Virus record (IMG/VR): IMGVR_UViG_3300010885_037407
Location: 16,740 to 80,739 of that record
Source: a virus
Reading direction: 5' to 3' (one strand)
Length of the DNA stretch: 64,000 nt
A program made the position numbers and the translations under genes. Each line of letters opens with the position of its first letter. Position 1 is the first letter of the stretch. Positions 1-10,328 of this stretch are shown here, one piece after another. Below the pieces are notes generated by a model. It did not search any database. It worked only from the letters and a program-made list of their open reading frames with translations, and had not been told where the DNA came from.

Positions 1-351
1 TTTGTAAGTTTTAATACTATTATCTACCCATCTTAAATTGGCAGAATCTATTACTCCACAAAATTCATCTTCATACAAATCAAAGAAATTTGGAGCATCC
101 CATTTAATCATAGTGTCAGAATCAACTACTGCAATTTTATCATATTTACCTTCTTCAAATTTATCAAATACAAATTCTTTATTCCAGATAGGCATTACTA
201 CTCTAGGGTCTGACTCATATTGTATTATGATATCAACATTGTTTTTATCACACCAATATTTCCAACTCTCAATGCAATTAACTGAAAAGTCAGAAAATTT
301 ATATCTTGAGCTTGTATGATCAATGGATACTATATATACTAAATTTTTCAT
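1..351 (-). CDS. Glycosyltransferase (GT-A, GT8/GT34-like), 3'-truncated by window edge
   Basis: Not in the ORF track. ATG at 351, frame open to position 1: MKNLVYIVSIDH...ESWKYWCDKNNVD...PIWNKEF...KIAVVDSDTMIKWDAPNFF, with a DxD motif. Confidence 0.65.
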   Translation of the reverse strand, partial: MKNLVYIVSIDHTSSRYKFSDFSVNCIESWKYWCDKNNVDIIIQYESDPRVVMPIWNKEFVFDKFEEGKYDKIAVVDSDTMIKWDAPNFFDLYEDEFCGVIDSANLRWVDNSIKTYK

Positions 352-352
352 A

Positions 353-928
353 CTACCAGTTACTCCATTTAATATTATTATCAGAAAAATATTGTATAAT
401 AGAGTTGTACCTAGAATTATATTCATTTTGCAATTCTGGTTTTACAAATCTATTATGAAACTCAACAAATATTTTTTCTATAGGTTTAATTAAATCTAAT
501 TTAATTAAATGCTCTAATACATCATACTCAGCTCCTTCAATATCCAATTTCAAATAAATTTCATAATTTTTATATGATTCAATTACAGTGGCTAAATCAA
601 TAGTATTAACTTCATATTGATCTACATATCCATATCCATTGGATATGTGATTACTAAAAATTTCTTGACCTAAAAAAGTACTTCCTTGAGTATTATTATT
701 TGTCCTAGGGTCTGGTATATTAAATGTCATTATTGCGTTTTTGTTCCATACACCACAATTATTAATATCAATAAATTCTTTATATTTTTTAATTAAAAAA
801 TTATAACAGTCTTTATTTGGCTCATACATTATAACTTTCCAAGTATCATCAATTAATAATTTTTTTGATAACTCAGTAAACCCTTGTCCATAATTAGAAC
901 CGCAATCTATTAGTATTTTTTTATTCAT
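353..928 (-). CDS. FkbM-family SAM-dependent methyltransferase
   Basis: IDCGSNYGQ, YEPN and LKLDIEGAEYDVL...FVEFH motifs. Confidence 0.85.
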   Translation of the reverse strand: MNKKILIDCGSNYGQGFTELSKKLLIDDTWKVIMYEPNKDCYNFLIKKYKEFIDINNCGVWNKNAIMTFNIPDPRTNNNTQGSTFLGQEIFSNHISNGYGYVDQYEVNTIDLATVIESYKNYEIYLKLDIEGAEYDVLEHLIKLDLIKPIEKIFVEFHNRFVKPELQNEYNSRYNSIIQYFSDNNIKWSNW

Positions 929-1808
929 TTCTTAAATATATGTAATTTGGATGATTAATTATTTCTTTTGGATGCTGAATATCAATCTTACAAATATATC
1001 TTGCTGGATCTGATTCTGCTTTATTTGGCCTTACTACAATTGAAGCATCTTTACATTGTTTTGCTAATTCCAATCCAGCTAAAAAGTTATTATGATATTC
1101 AGTATCACGTTTCAATTGTGACACACGAAGTTGTTTATATTTTCCAGGTCTCCACCAAGCATAATGAAATATATATTTAGGAAACATAGTCAATGGATAT
1201 TGTTGACTCATAAAATTAACTACTATTGATTTATAATAGTCCCATGTGCCAAATTTAATTGCAATTCTTCTGTAATGTATTGTATTAGGGTTTAATGCAT
1301 TACCTTCAACATAATATTGATTTTCCATAAAATCTACATATGGAGCTTGCAACCCTTCATTAGGTTTTAAATTTTCTAAATACTCATTTAATAACGCAAC
1401 ATCATTTTCATGAAAAAATACATCCCCTTCTAATGGAAATATAATATCACCTTCATTAATTTCAATTCCTAATTCTTTAAAATTGCTAACAGCTTCAACA
1501 TAGCATATATTAGCGTCTGAAGTTTCATAATTCATTTGATTCCAAATAATTTTAGTATTTGGAAATAATTCTTGAGCTTCTTTAATTGAAGATTGAACTA
1601 ATTTTGTATCCCAAGCTAAATTAGTATTTTCATAACAAAATTCAGTTTGAAAGTTTACGTCAATCCCTCCTTTATTTTCAGGTCCACTTGGAAATAAACC
1701 TTCATTGAATATAATATAATCTGGATTAATTGTATTAACTAAATTTTCAATTTGAAGTGTTGTAAAATGTCCTTCTCCGAAACAAGGTATTATAACTATT
1801 TTTTTCAT
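921..1808 (-). CDS. Putative glycosyltransferase (GT-A-like)
   Basis: IVIIPCFGE start, EGDVF, IFHYAW; lies in a GT operon. Confidence 0.5.
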   Translation of the reverse strand: MKKIVIIPCFGEGHFTTLQIENLVNTINPDYIIFNEGLFPSGPENKGGIDVNFQTEFCYENTNLAWDTKLVQSSIKEAQELFPNTKIIWNQMNYETSDANICYVEAVSNFKELGIEINEGDIIFPLEGDVFFHENDVALLNEYLENLKPNEGLQAPYVDFMENQYYVEGNALNPNTIHYRRIAIKFGTWDYYKSIVVNFMSQQYPLTMFPKYIFHYAWWRPGKYKQLRVSQLKRDTEYHNNFLAGLELAKQCKDASIVVRPNKAESDPARYICKIDIQHPKEIINHPNYIYLRNE

Positions 1809-1809
1809 T

Positions 1810-2811
1810 TTATTTTTTCCAAAAGCTATAAATTCCTTTTTCTAATTCATATGAAGGCCATACAAAACGTTCTCTTTTAGGTTGAGTTTGTACCCACTTC
1901 CACATTTCAGTTAATCCGTCTTTTAAATTTGTTTTATGCTCAAATCCTAAAATATCAACTGACTTTTGCCAAGTCGGAATTGAATGTTTAACTTCATGAC
2001 GACTTTCTAAATGAAGTACTTCACCAGCACCTATAACTTCATGAAGAATAGTTGCAGCTTCATTAATTGAATGCTCTTCAACACCGCCGACATTGATAAT
2101 TTGTTTAGATGCTTCGGGTAGTATAGCTGCATTCCATAAAGGTTCTAAACTATCATCAATATAACTAAATGCTCTTGTCTGCTCGCCATTACCAAAGATA
2201 GTCATAGGCTCCCCATTCATATGTTGAAACATCCAAATGCCTAATACATTGCGATACTTGTCCCAAATATTTTGTTTAATACCATAAACATTATGAGGGC
2301 GTATAATACACCAATCCAATCCATGCTGTTCTCCGGCAATTTGAATATCCATTTCACATCCATACTTTGCTACTCCATATGGATCAATAGGTTTTGGAGT
2401 TTGTGTTTCATTAAAATATCCTCCTTCTCCATGTCCATATACAGCAAGAGTTGACGTAAATACTAATCGTTTAACATCATGTTTAATACATTCATTAACG
2501 ACATTAGCAGTTGCGACTAAATTGTTTTGATAATTATATCTTCTGATAAATGGAGACAATCCTTCAGCTGCATACGCTGCTAAATGAAATACATGCTCAG
2601 GTTTATACTTTTCAAATATATAAGATAATTTTGTTGGTTCTAATGTTAAGTCCATACAAATAAATGTAACGGCCTTATTAACATTTTCGGTATATCCGCC
2701 AGATAAATTATCAATTCCAATTACATTGTATTCTGGATGATTTTCAATAATGTAATCAGCTAATCTAGATCCTAATAGTCCCGCTACTCCTGTTATTAAT
2801 ACTGTGTTCAT
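1810..2811 (-). CDS. NAD-dependent nucleotide-sugar epimerase/dehydratase
   Basis: ITGVAGLLGS Rossmann motif, HLAA, YGVAK (YxxxK), RPHNVYG. Confidence 0.92.
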   Translation of the reverse strand: MNTVLITGVAGLLGSRLADYIIENHPEYNVIGIDNLSGGYTENVNKAVTFICMDLTLEPTKLSYIFEKYKPEHVFHLAAYAAEGLSPFIRRYNYQNNLVATANVVNECIKHDVKRLVFTSTLAVYGHGEGGYFNETQTPKPIDPYGVAKYGCEMDIQIAGEQHGLDWCIIRPHNVYGIKQNIWDKYRNVLGIWMFQHMNGEPMTIFGNGEQTRAFSYIDDSLEPLWNAAILPEASKQIINVGGVEEHSINEAATILHEVIGAGEVLHLESRHEVKHSIPTWQKSVDILGFEHKTNLKDGLTEMWKWVQTQPKRERFVWPSYELEKGIYSFWKK

Positions 2812-2819
2812 AAATTTGT

Positions 2820-3515
2820 TTAATTTTTGTCTTTATAATTTAATAAAACATTAGAAGCTATAGGAGCTCCTAAATCTCCTTCAATATCAAATAAACAAAT
2901 TGCATTTGATTGATTAAAAATAGATCCTGGGAACCCTTCTGCCCCATATCTGTTCATACCAAATTCTTTTTGGTATTCGTTAATTTCATTAATTTTATTT
3001 CGTAAAGATTCATTTTTAAGCCAATACATAGTACCTGAATAATGCCACTTTGATGATGGTATTACACTTAAATTGCTTGTTCTTATAAATGGACCGCAGC
3101 TATCGTAAGATTTCATTATATTGTCTACTAATTCAATATTATCTAAATTAGATTCATATAAGTATTTAGTCCATAAAGTATGAATTTCTGAGTATGCTAG
3201 TGTTAATCTTTTATCACTATTACTTTTTGAATGCCCGAAAAAAGTAATACCTGGCTCATTAATTATTTCAGGTAATAAAACTTGAAATAATGATTTAGTT
3301 TCTCTAGCGTCTTGATCATTTTCAATAGTAAAGATTTCAAAGTCACTGAATTTATCTTGTATTTCATTTAACTTGTAAACTGTGTCTATGTTGTTTAACG
3401 AAAAACAAATTATTCTCCTTCCATTAAATAAATCTTTATACTTTATTAAAGTTTGATAATGAAAATCAAATTTAGTCTTTTCTGGATAGAAGTGATATAT
3501 TAAATTATGCTGCAT
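2820..3515 (-). CDS. Putative glycosyltransferase-related protein
   Basis: FFGHSKS and WHYSGTMYW resemble HxK..H(Y/F)SG.FWW motifs of viral glycan enzymes; operon context. Confidence 0.4.
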   Translation of the reverse strand: MQHNLIYHFYPEKTKFDFHYQTLIKYKDLFNGRRIICFSLNNIDTVYKLNEIQDKFSDFEIFTIENDQDARETKSLFQVLLPEIINEPGITFFGHSKSNSDKRLTLAYSEIHTLWTKYLYESNLDNIELVDNIMKSYDSCGPFIRTSNLSVIPSSKWHYSGTMYWLKNESLRNKINEINEYQKEFGMNRYGAEGFPGSIFNQSNAICLFDIEGDLGAPIASNVLLNYKDKN

Positions 3516-4137
3516 TATTAGTATTTTTTAATACAGTTAATCCAGGATTGTCTTTATAAATTTCTTTAATCACCCAATTTGGGTTAGCAGCTATAAATTC
3601 TTCAATAGCTTTATTTTGCTCTGGAAATAATACAGTGTCATGAATTGCAATATACTTATTAATTTTTGTTCCATGCAATGTTAATTCTTTTGATAAACAA
3701 TTATAAGTATGAGTTGTATCTATAAACATCATATCAGCTGGCTCTATTTCAATTTTTGTAGTATCTTGTTCTAACACTACAAATTCAATATTTTCATATG
3801 CAGCTAATTTTATAGCTTTATCTAACCATGGATTGCATAACCACGGCGTTGTACTAGCTAAATGCTTTCTATGATTTGTCTTTAATTCAAAATCTATACA
3901 TGTTATTTTTTTCGGCCGCGTTATCATAAACGCCCATGTAGAGTTTACTTCATTCACTCCTAATTCTGTAATAGAATCACATTCAGAAGCTAAATCTTTT
4001 AAAACATGCATGTAATGTCCTATCCAATGAATAGAATTTTTTCCTTTTTGATCTTTAGGAGACGAACTTACGAAGTCATACATTTCTTCTATAGTATCAA
4101 AAACTCCTAAATCTTTTTTTTCCTTTTCAGTTATCAT
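3505..4137 (-). CDS. Class I SAM-dependent methyltransferase (Methyltransf_24-like)
   Basis: ITELGV, FIDTTHTY and IAIHDT motifs. Confidence 0.75.
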   Translation of the reverse strand: MITEKEKKDLGVFDTIEEMYDFVSSSPKDQKGKNSIHWIGHYMHVLKDLASECDSITELGVNEVNSTWAFMITRPKKITCIDFELKTNHRKHLASTTPWLCNPWLDKAIKLAAYENIEFVVLEQDTTKIEIEPADMMFIDTTHTYNCLSKELTLHGTKINKYIAIHDTVLFPEQNKAIEEFIAANPNWVIKEIYKDNPGLTVLKNTNNAA

Positions 4138-4555
4138 ATTTATCTTTCATAAGTTTATCTAATTTATTTTTATTTCTAGCACGTCCTTCATTTGCTTTGC
4201 GAAGTCGCTTTTCATTAATAATCATTCTTTCTAAATTAGGTTCTTCTTTTAAAGTTTCTTCTAATCTAGCTCTGTCAGCCTCTCCAATATTAATATCGTT
4301 TTGAATAAGCTCTTCTAATTCTTCTACAATAGCAGACTCATTAAATGTTCTATATTCTTCTATGTAAATATAAGAGTTTCTTTCTATAGTTTCTAGTAAA
4401 AGCTCAGATATTTTTTGTTTAATTTCTTTAATAACAATATGTTGATGATCAACTTTATCTGTTAAATTATCTTTATTAAAAAAATACAATTTAATATTTT
4501 CAGTAATAAGCCTATCTAAATAAGCACTTAATGTATCAATATTAGTTACTCTCAT
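4127..4555 (-). CDS. Hypothetical helical protein
   Basis: 142-aa ORF overlapping both neighbours; IDTLSAYLDRLITENIK start. Confidence 0.6.
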   Translation of the reverse strand: MRVTNIDTLSAYLDRLITENIKLYFFNKDNLTDKVDHQHIVIKEIKQKISELLLETIERNSYIYIEEYRTFNESAIVEELEELIQNDINIGEADRARLEETLKEEPNLERMIINEKRLRKANEGRARNKNKLDKLMKDKYDN

Positions 4556-5273
4556 TATTGAAATGTTTATTAATTATTATTTGAAATTCAGGATCTAATA
4601 AATGAGCAAGATCCTTTTGTTTTATTTTTTGATATATACCAACTTCGTCTGGTTTAAATGATAATACTATTGCTGGTTTAATAGCATTAGCGTATCTTAA
4701 TTCTGAATATGTCATTCCTACATTCCATCTAGAGTTTATAGAAACGAATTGTTCTTTATATGGAGAATAGTTTCTTAAAAATCCAATAATAACCTCATCA
4801 CTGCTTACATCAATATCTTTATTAATTTCCAATGCTTCTACAATATGACTTAAAATATCAACACATCCTTTATTAAAATATATACTACCACAATTCCATT
4901 CTGAAGTCGCACCATACTCTACTCCTGCAACATATCCATTAAACTCAGGAAATTCCATTGGAGCAATTTGCCATGAATCATGATCATGTAACCAAAATTC
5001 TTCTTTTATAATTCCTTTTTGTACAAGCTCCAATGCACCATACCAAAAATTATGAAATCCGCTCCATTCACAAATATTTGTCAATGTGTGGCTTTTAATT
5101 CCATTATATTCAAAGTCAAAGTTAGTACCTAATATAATATCATCACTATCCCATCCTAATCTTATACTATTATCAATTTGACATTTTAAGTAGTTACTTA
5201 CTCCATTATTGTCCCACCTTTCAGCGCCATGATATTTTGTATTTAATTGATTATATACGATTACATTTTTCAT
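4542..5273 (-). CDS. Putative nucleotide-diphospho-sugar transferase (GT-A)
   Basis: WLHDHDSW (DxD), WNCGSIYF, SDE, RWNVG. Confidence 0.55.
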   Translation of the reverse strand: MKNVIVYNQLNTKYHGAERWDNNGVSNYLKCQIDNSIRLGWDSDDIILGTNFDFEYNGIKSHTLTNICEWSGFHNFWYGALELVQKGIIKEEFWLHDHDSWQIAPMEFPEFNGYVAGVEYGATSEWNCGSIYFNKGCVDILSHIVEALEINKDIDVSSDEVIIGFLRNYSPYKEQFVSINSRWNVGMTYSELRYANAIKPAIVLSFKPDEVGIYQKIKQKDLAHLLDPEFQIIINKHFNNESN

Positions 5274-5893
5274 AATGTATCATAATAATTATTTTGTTTC
5301 TCTTGCCTATCGATTGTCTTTGGATGATATAAACAGAATTCTTCTTCTGTAGGAAGGAATGTAACTGATTGGAATCCTTCTAATACTTCATGCACTTTAT
5401 TCTTCCATTTTATATCAGAAGTGTTTTTATAAATTCTCCATTGATAGTCTGGAAAGTTTACCCATCCTTTATCATCTACATTCCATCTCCACTTTTGGAT
5501 ATACTCTTGTGTTAAACCTTCTACCGTATTAATTCTAGGCACACGAAATACATCTATATCTTGATTGATTTCCAGAATATAAGGAAGTCCGTTTATAAGC
5601 TCTTCGTTGGGAAGTTCATCTGCATCTATTTGGAAGATATAATTTCCTGAACATACTTTTGTTAGTTTGTTCTTCCAATCAGCAAAGTGCCCTTCAAATT
5701 CAGATTCGATTAATAGTATCTGATTTATTGAAGCACATGCTCTTAAAAGTTCTTGTAAAGTCTGAGACATTTTAGGACTATCTGCTAGTACTACTATCTC
5801 GTCTTGTTCTCGTTTGTGAATGAGAAGGAAGTTGATTAGCATTGCTACCTCCTTCTCTTCATTGCAAACTGTTATTGCATAACTAATTTTCAC
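5270..5893 (-). CDS. Glycosyltransferase family 2
   Basis: ISYAITVCNEE, IFQIDADE, PDYQWR, KVHEVL; GTG start overlapping the upstream TAG. Confidence 0.88.
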   Translation of the reverse strand: MKISYAITVCNEEKEVAMLINFLLIHKREQDEIVVLADSPKMSQTLQELLRACASINQILLIESEFEGHFADWKNKLTKVCSGNYIFQIDADELPNEELINGLPYILEINQDIDVFRVPRINTVEGLTQEYIQKWRWNVDDKGWVNFPDYQWRIYKNTSDIKWKNKVHEVLEGFQSVTFLPTEEEFCLYHPKTIDRQEKQNNYYDTL

Positions 5894-7272
5894 TATTCTA
5901 TTTTTTTAAGTTTAGGTAAAGTGATTTTAGGTGCTTCATTTGACTCTAACTTTTTAAGTTTAGGCAAAGTAATTTGTGGTGTGTTGGTACCATTTACTTT
6001 TTGTAACTGTGGTAATTTCAAAGCAACTTGTTTCGGAAAGTCAGGAAGTCTATTAGTTAGTATACTATCTAATTTGTCTTTCATAGCATCAAACGAAAAA
6101 TTTGTTTTAATATGATGATACGTTTTTCTAGACTTTTCTAAATATAATTTATAGTTTTTAAATACATCTTTAAAATACGCTCCGGCAGCTGCATAATCAA
6201 TAGTAAACCATTGTGATTCTTGAAGAATAACTCCTTTCCATGCAGCAGAATGATGTACATTTGTCATTTGACCAGGTACTAATACAGATGATTCTGAATT
6301 TAAAAAATCTAAATGCCCTGAGTAGTTAGTAGTGATAATAGGTTTTCCTGTTATAGCAGCTTCCATCAATGGTCTTCCAAATCCTTCTCCTTTTGTGAAA
6401 GATACATGTGCTTTTACTTTAGTATGATTATATAAATCATTTAATTCTATTTCTGTAAAGTCGCCATATGCTAAATATACATTAGGTAAATTTTTACTAT
6501 CTATTGTAGATTTAATAAAATCAATTTTATTTAAAATATCATTAGCATCAACTTCTGATATAGACCCTCCCGTTGTTTTAAGAACTAATGCCGGAGCATT
6601 TGTTTTATTTTTAAATGATTCAAAAAACGTTTTAATCATTCCGCCTACATTTTTTCTATCTTCTCCTAATGAACCAGGCAACCAATGACCTACAAATAAG
6701 AAACAAAAATCTTCTTTTATTTCATTAAATAATAGTTCAACATTTTTTGATGACGTATAAGCTTTTTGAAATTTATCTAATCTAATTCCTTCAAACAATA
6801 CTTCAATTGGCTTTTCTAATCGAAGGGTGCCTACTAACTGCTGTGTATTTTGATCTTTTTTATCATATGTAGTCTCTATAAATACTTTTTTAGCATGCTC
6901 TGATGATACTAAATTTAAGTCCATTCTATTACATCCCTCAATCCAAGATGCGTCACATGCATTAGTTTCAATACCAGCCGTAACTCCTATATTGAATTTT
7001 CCTACTCTTTGAAATTCATTAGGAACTGTAACTTGCATAAAAATTTCAGGTTGCGCAGTAAGTTGCTGTGTTAATATTCTAGATATAATATCTGTATCAT
7101 TATTAGTTAATGCGTTCATAGGAGTTGCGCCCCATCGCGTACTAACAATCTTAACATCATATTTGTCTAAAGCAATAATTGCTCTTACTAAATCTCGACT
7201 ACGTTCGCCATATCCTGATCTAGTTCCTACAGGCGCTTGAAATAATAATACTGGTTTTGTTTCGTTGCTCAT
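5893..7272 (-). CDS. Glycosyltransferase GT-B (GT4-like)
   Basis: SGYGERSRD, RKN, GEGFGRPLMEA (ExFGxxxxEA). Confidence 0.88.
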   Translation of the reverse strand: MSNETKPVLLFQAPVGTRSGYGERSRDLVRAIIALDKYDVKIVSTRWGATPMNALTNNDTDIISRILTQQLTAQPEIFMQVTVPNEFQRVGKFNIGVTAGIETNACDASWIEGCNRMDLNLVSSEHAKKVFIETTYDKKDQNTQQLVGTLRLEKPIEVLFEGIRLDKFQKAYTSSKNVELLFNEIKEDFCFLFVGHWLPGSLGEDRKNVGGMIKTFFESFKNKTNAPALVLKTTGGSISEVDANDILNKIDFIKSTIDSKNLPNVYLAYGDFTEIELNDLYNHTKVKAHVSFTKGEGFGRPLMEAAITGKPIITTNYSGHLDFLNSESSVLVPGQMTNVHHSAAWKGVILQESQWFTIDYAAAGAYFKDVFKNYKLYLEKSRKTYHHIKTNFSFDAMKDKLDSILTNRLPDFPKQVALKLPQLQKVNGTNTPQITLPKLKKLESNEAPKITLPKLKKIE

Positions 7273-7275
7273 AAC

Positions 7276-8655
7276 TTATGCTTTAATTAATTTTATTGTA
7301 GCTTTTGGTTTCCAATTTTCTAACAATGTATTGATATCTTTAATGACATTGCTACCCATTGATTCAGCTGACAATCCATGCTCTGCTTTCATGAAATGAT
7401 CTCTGCCTATATGACCAAATTCATTTCTTAAATGAGGATGGGTCATATACCAATCATATAATTTATTTCCTGCGTCTTTGTAATCTGCAATATCATCAAA
7501 TATATATGGAGTAGCTGGTGAGCCTTGTAAAGTTCTTACAGCTGGGAAGGTTGGTTTAGCCCAAACTCCACAATCTTTATAAGTACCTTCTGCATTGGTA
7601 GGGAAATCAATATTATAATCATCTGCCATTAAATATGAACCGTCTTCTTTCTTGAAGCCACATTGGTCTTGCATACCTCCTGTTACATTAACTACAATTG
7701 GAGTTCCAGCCATTACTGATTCTGCCGTTCCTAAACCAAATCCTTCATTTGAAGCTAAATTGGCAGTTACGTCTGCAATATTATAAAGGAAATTTAATTG
7801 TTTAGTATCTATAATTCTTGAAGGTGTGAATTGTACTCTATAAGGGCATAATTCTTTTATTACTGCAATTAAATCTGTACCATTTTCGTCTACTTGTTCT
7901 GTATGTAATAGTAAAACACATTTACTTGATTTTTCTTTAGGTAATTTATCGCAGAATTCTTTATACGCTAATATTAAATCTGATGTATGTTTACGTCTAA
8001 TGTTTCTAGAATTGTGAAATACTACAAATTCAGTATCTTTAGCTACTATAGTATCTTTATATTCTAAATATTCTTTCCATTGTTCATGAGATTCATATAT
8101 TGGAAAGAATTGTTTATCATTTATACCATGAGGTACATAAGTAATTTGCCAATCTTTATAATCTTCTCCTTTAAGTACTTGTTTAACAATATTATGTGTT
8201 TGTTTGGAAATACACATTAACAAGTCACATGATTTATAAAATGGTTTGTTCCACATTGGATATGGAGTATCATCCCAAATTGTATAATATGCAATTGGTA
8301 TGAACTGTCTTAATTCATGTTCCATTGCATACAACCAACCCCAAAATCTAGGATCTGTAAAGTGTAATATTACGTCTGGTCTTTCCATTTGGATCAACTC
8401 CCTTAAAATTTCTTGGTCACCGTAACCGCTATTGCAAAATATTTTGACGCTAGCATCTGCTACGCCTGTAAGTTGTGCTACATCTTGAGACAAGTCAAAC
8501 ATCTTGCCTTGGTCAGGATGATTTAGCGCGGCTCCTAATTGAACCCAATCAAATTCTTTTATTGAATTTAGTACGATTTCTCTCGACATTGTCGCAATGC
8601 CAGAATGCATTCTCAAATCGTCAGATAACAGAAGTATCTTTTTCTTTTTTGTCAT
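7276..8655 (-). CDS. Glycosyltransferase GT-B (GT4-like)
   Basis: SDDLRMHSGIA, VPHGI, RNIRRK, NEGFGLGTAESV. Confidence 0.88.
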   Translation of the reverse strand: MTKKKKILLLSDDLRMHSGIATMSREIVLNSIKEFDWVQLGAALNHPDQGKMFDLSQDVAQLTGVADASVKIFCNSGYGDQEILRELIQMERPDVILHFTDPRFWGWLYAMEHELRQFIPIAYYTIWDDTPYPMWNKPFYKSCDLLMCISKQTHNIVKQVLKGEDYKDWQITYVPHGINDKQFFPIYESHEQWKEYLEYKDTIVAKDTEFVVFHNSRNIRRKHTSDLILAYKEFCDKLPKEKSSKCVLLLHTEQVDENGTDLIAVIKELCPYRVQFTPSRIIDTKQLNFLYNIADVTANLASNEGFGLGTAESVMAGTPIVVNVTGGMQDQCGFKKEDGSYLMADDYNIDFPTNAEGTYKDCGVWAKPTFPAVRTLQGSPATPYIFDDIADYKDAGNKLYDWYMTHPHLRNEFGHIGRDHFMKAEHGLSAESMGSNVIKDINTLLENWKPKATIKLIKA

Positions 8656-8680
8656 AACCTTAATTTAACCTTTATTAATT

Positions 8681-8693
8681 TAATATAAATATG
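8681..8693 (-). promoter_or_regulatory. Putative late promoter motif (CATATTTATATTA, coding sense) for the glycosylation operon
   Basis: Same motif found upstream of sheath, tube, neck and tail chaperone genes. Confidence 0.6.
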
Positions 8694-8716
8694 TAATTCT
8701 TTAATAAACACGCATT

Positions 8717-8860
8717 TTATTTAACACAATGTTTACAATATTTTACAATAACAGAATAAAGCTTTTTTGAAGCTTGTTGTTTACAATAAGTGTGTCCACA
8801 ATCTAAACATGTAAATGTTTTTTTAGTTGAAACTAATTTTGTAAGAGGTGATTTAGTCAT
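8717..8860 (-). CDS. Small zinc-ribbon protein (47 aa)
   Basis: Below ORF-track cutoff: MTKSPLTKLVSTKKTFTCLDCGHTYC...KYCKHCVK, two CxxC; fills the gap directly after the 8862 stop. Confidence 0.5.
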   Translation of the reverse strand: MTKSPLTKLVSTKKTFTCLDCGHTYCKQQASKKLYSVIVKYCKHCVK

Positions 8861-8861
8861 A

Positions 8862-9323
8862 TTATGATTTTTCATTTACAATTACTACTGGTTTATTATG
8901 TTTTTGTGCCATTGTCACTGCGTGGTATGCACCATTTGATTTAACATTGCCGTCTATGAAAGCAATCATCTTATCACAATATTTTGCAATTAATGTATTC
9001 CTATGAAAGAATTGTGAAGTATGATATGCTTTGGAATAATATCCGTCTGGCATAGCAGAGTATAAATTCTTTACTGTATGTGCTGGATTGAATTCAATAT
9101 ACTTAACTCCTAATTCAATAGAATATTTTTTAGCATATTTGTCAGCTCCTGCTCCACAACCTCCTGATATTATTTCTAATTTATCTCCAAACGTTTGTTT
9201 GAGTTTGTAAATCATATCTCGTATCTTTCTTTTATTTTCATATTCACGTGATCCTATAATTGCAATTTTCATTTTATCAGGATCTGTTTCTATGGCATTC
9301 ATAATATGATATTTGTTTAACAT
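8862..9323 (-). CDS. SLOG-superfamily (YspA/DprA-like) protein
   Basis: IAIIGSR, IISGGCGAGAD, RNTLIA, AFIDG; true start may be a downstream Met. Confidence 0.75.
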   Translation of the reverse strand: MLNKYHIMNAIETDPDKMKIAIIGSREYENKRKIRDMIYKLKQTFGDKLEIISGGCGAGADKYAKKYSIELGVKYIEFNPAHTVKNLYSAMPDGYYSKAYHTSQFFHRNTLIAKYCDKMIAFIDGNVKSNGAYHAVTMAQKHNKPVVIVNEKS

Positions 9324-10270
9324 GTAATTCTGTTTTGTTTAGGGCAACGTTCTTCATCCATTGCAAATTCACAATACCTACAATTCTTCAAACCTTTTTC
9401 TCCTACTGCAGGAAATATACCATCTACCTTATAAGACCCATCTAAATTAAATCCAGCATCAATAAATGTTTCAATGTCTTTCATTAATTTATTTCTAGTA
9501 GGCTTACCTGATGCAGGTACAAACTCTTGAACTCTCTTTTGTGGATACATAAAGCCTTCAATAAGTTTTCTTTTAACAATGAAATATTTGATATCAATCT
9601 TTTCTTCATCATAGCCATATTGTTTTGCAAAATAAGACTTATACAATACCAATTGAGATGCTTTGGTTTTATCTGCTTTGGCATATTGATTCCATCCTTT
9701 GGTAGATGTCTTGATATCAATAATTATTATTCTATCTGTTTCAATATCTCGAAGTACAATATCAAGAAACCCATTCATTATAACTTTTGGGTTTTTATCA
9801 GACGCTTGAATATATAATGGAGTTTCAATACCTATTAATTCAAATCCTTTATTAGTAAAATATGCACCTCGATTTCTTTTCAGCCAATCTAAGATTGCAA
9901 CTCCATCTTCATAAAATTCATTTAATTCTATAGGATTTGAAAAGTGAACACCTTCCATATCTGATACAGCCATCATATAATTTTGTACAATTTGCTCTTG
10001 TAAGCATTCTGACAAATTTAATTTATCCGCTTCTTTAATAGACTTTGTAAACATTATATGAATATAATATTGTAAAGTCTCGTGAAATGCAGTTCCGAAT
10101 ACTGTATGAATGGAAGGCCCTCCTGTTCTAATTCTATCTATGTAATTGAGTTTCCATTTTCTAGGGCACGTGCTCCATGAAGCATATTGACTATAAGAAA
10201 TTGTTTTCTCACCTTCTTTCTTTTCTGGCGTGGTTGCTCTAAACAACTCACCTAACGGACTCATTCCCAT
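9317..10270 (-). CDS. PD-(D/E)XK nuclease (RecB/Cas4-like)
   Basis: SYSQ...CPRKW, GTAFHE, GFLDIV...IIDIKTS, QLVLY, C-terminal CRYC...C. Confidence 0.85.
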   Translation of the reverse strand: MGMSPLGELFRATTPEKKEGEKTISYSQYASWSTCPRKWKLNYIDRIRTGGPSIHTVFGTAFHETLQYYIHIMFTKSIKEADKLNLSECLQEQIVQNYMMAVSDMEGVHFSNPIELNEFYEDGVAILDWLKRNRGAYFTNKGFELIGIETPLYIQASDKNPKVIMNGFLDIVLRDIETDRIIIIDIKTSTKGWNQYAKADKTKASQLVLYKSYFAKQYGYDEEKIDIKYFIVKRKLIEGFMYPQKRVQEFVPASGKPTRNKLMKDIETFIDAGFNLDGSYKVDGIFPAVGEKGLKNCRYCEFAMDEERCPKQNRITC

Positions 10271-10296
10271 AGATATTTTTTATTTATTATATTAGT

Positions 10297-10328
10297 TAAA
10301 GATAAGAAATTCTATTGTAGAAACCAAA
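10297..10328 (-). promoter_or_regulatory. Bacteroidota-type promoter TTTG-N20-TATCTTTA
   Basis: Matches TTTG/TAnnTTT(G/A) with a 20-nt spacer, upstream of the nuclease gene. Confidence 0.65.

Noticed and set aside
9317-10270. Cas4 of a CRISPR system
   Set aside because: Cas4/RecB-like motifs are present, but there are no other cas genes or array; stand-alone PD-(D/E)XK nucleases are common in phages.
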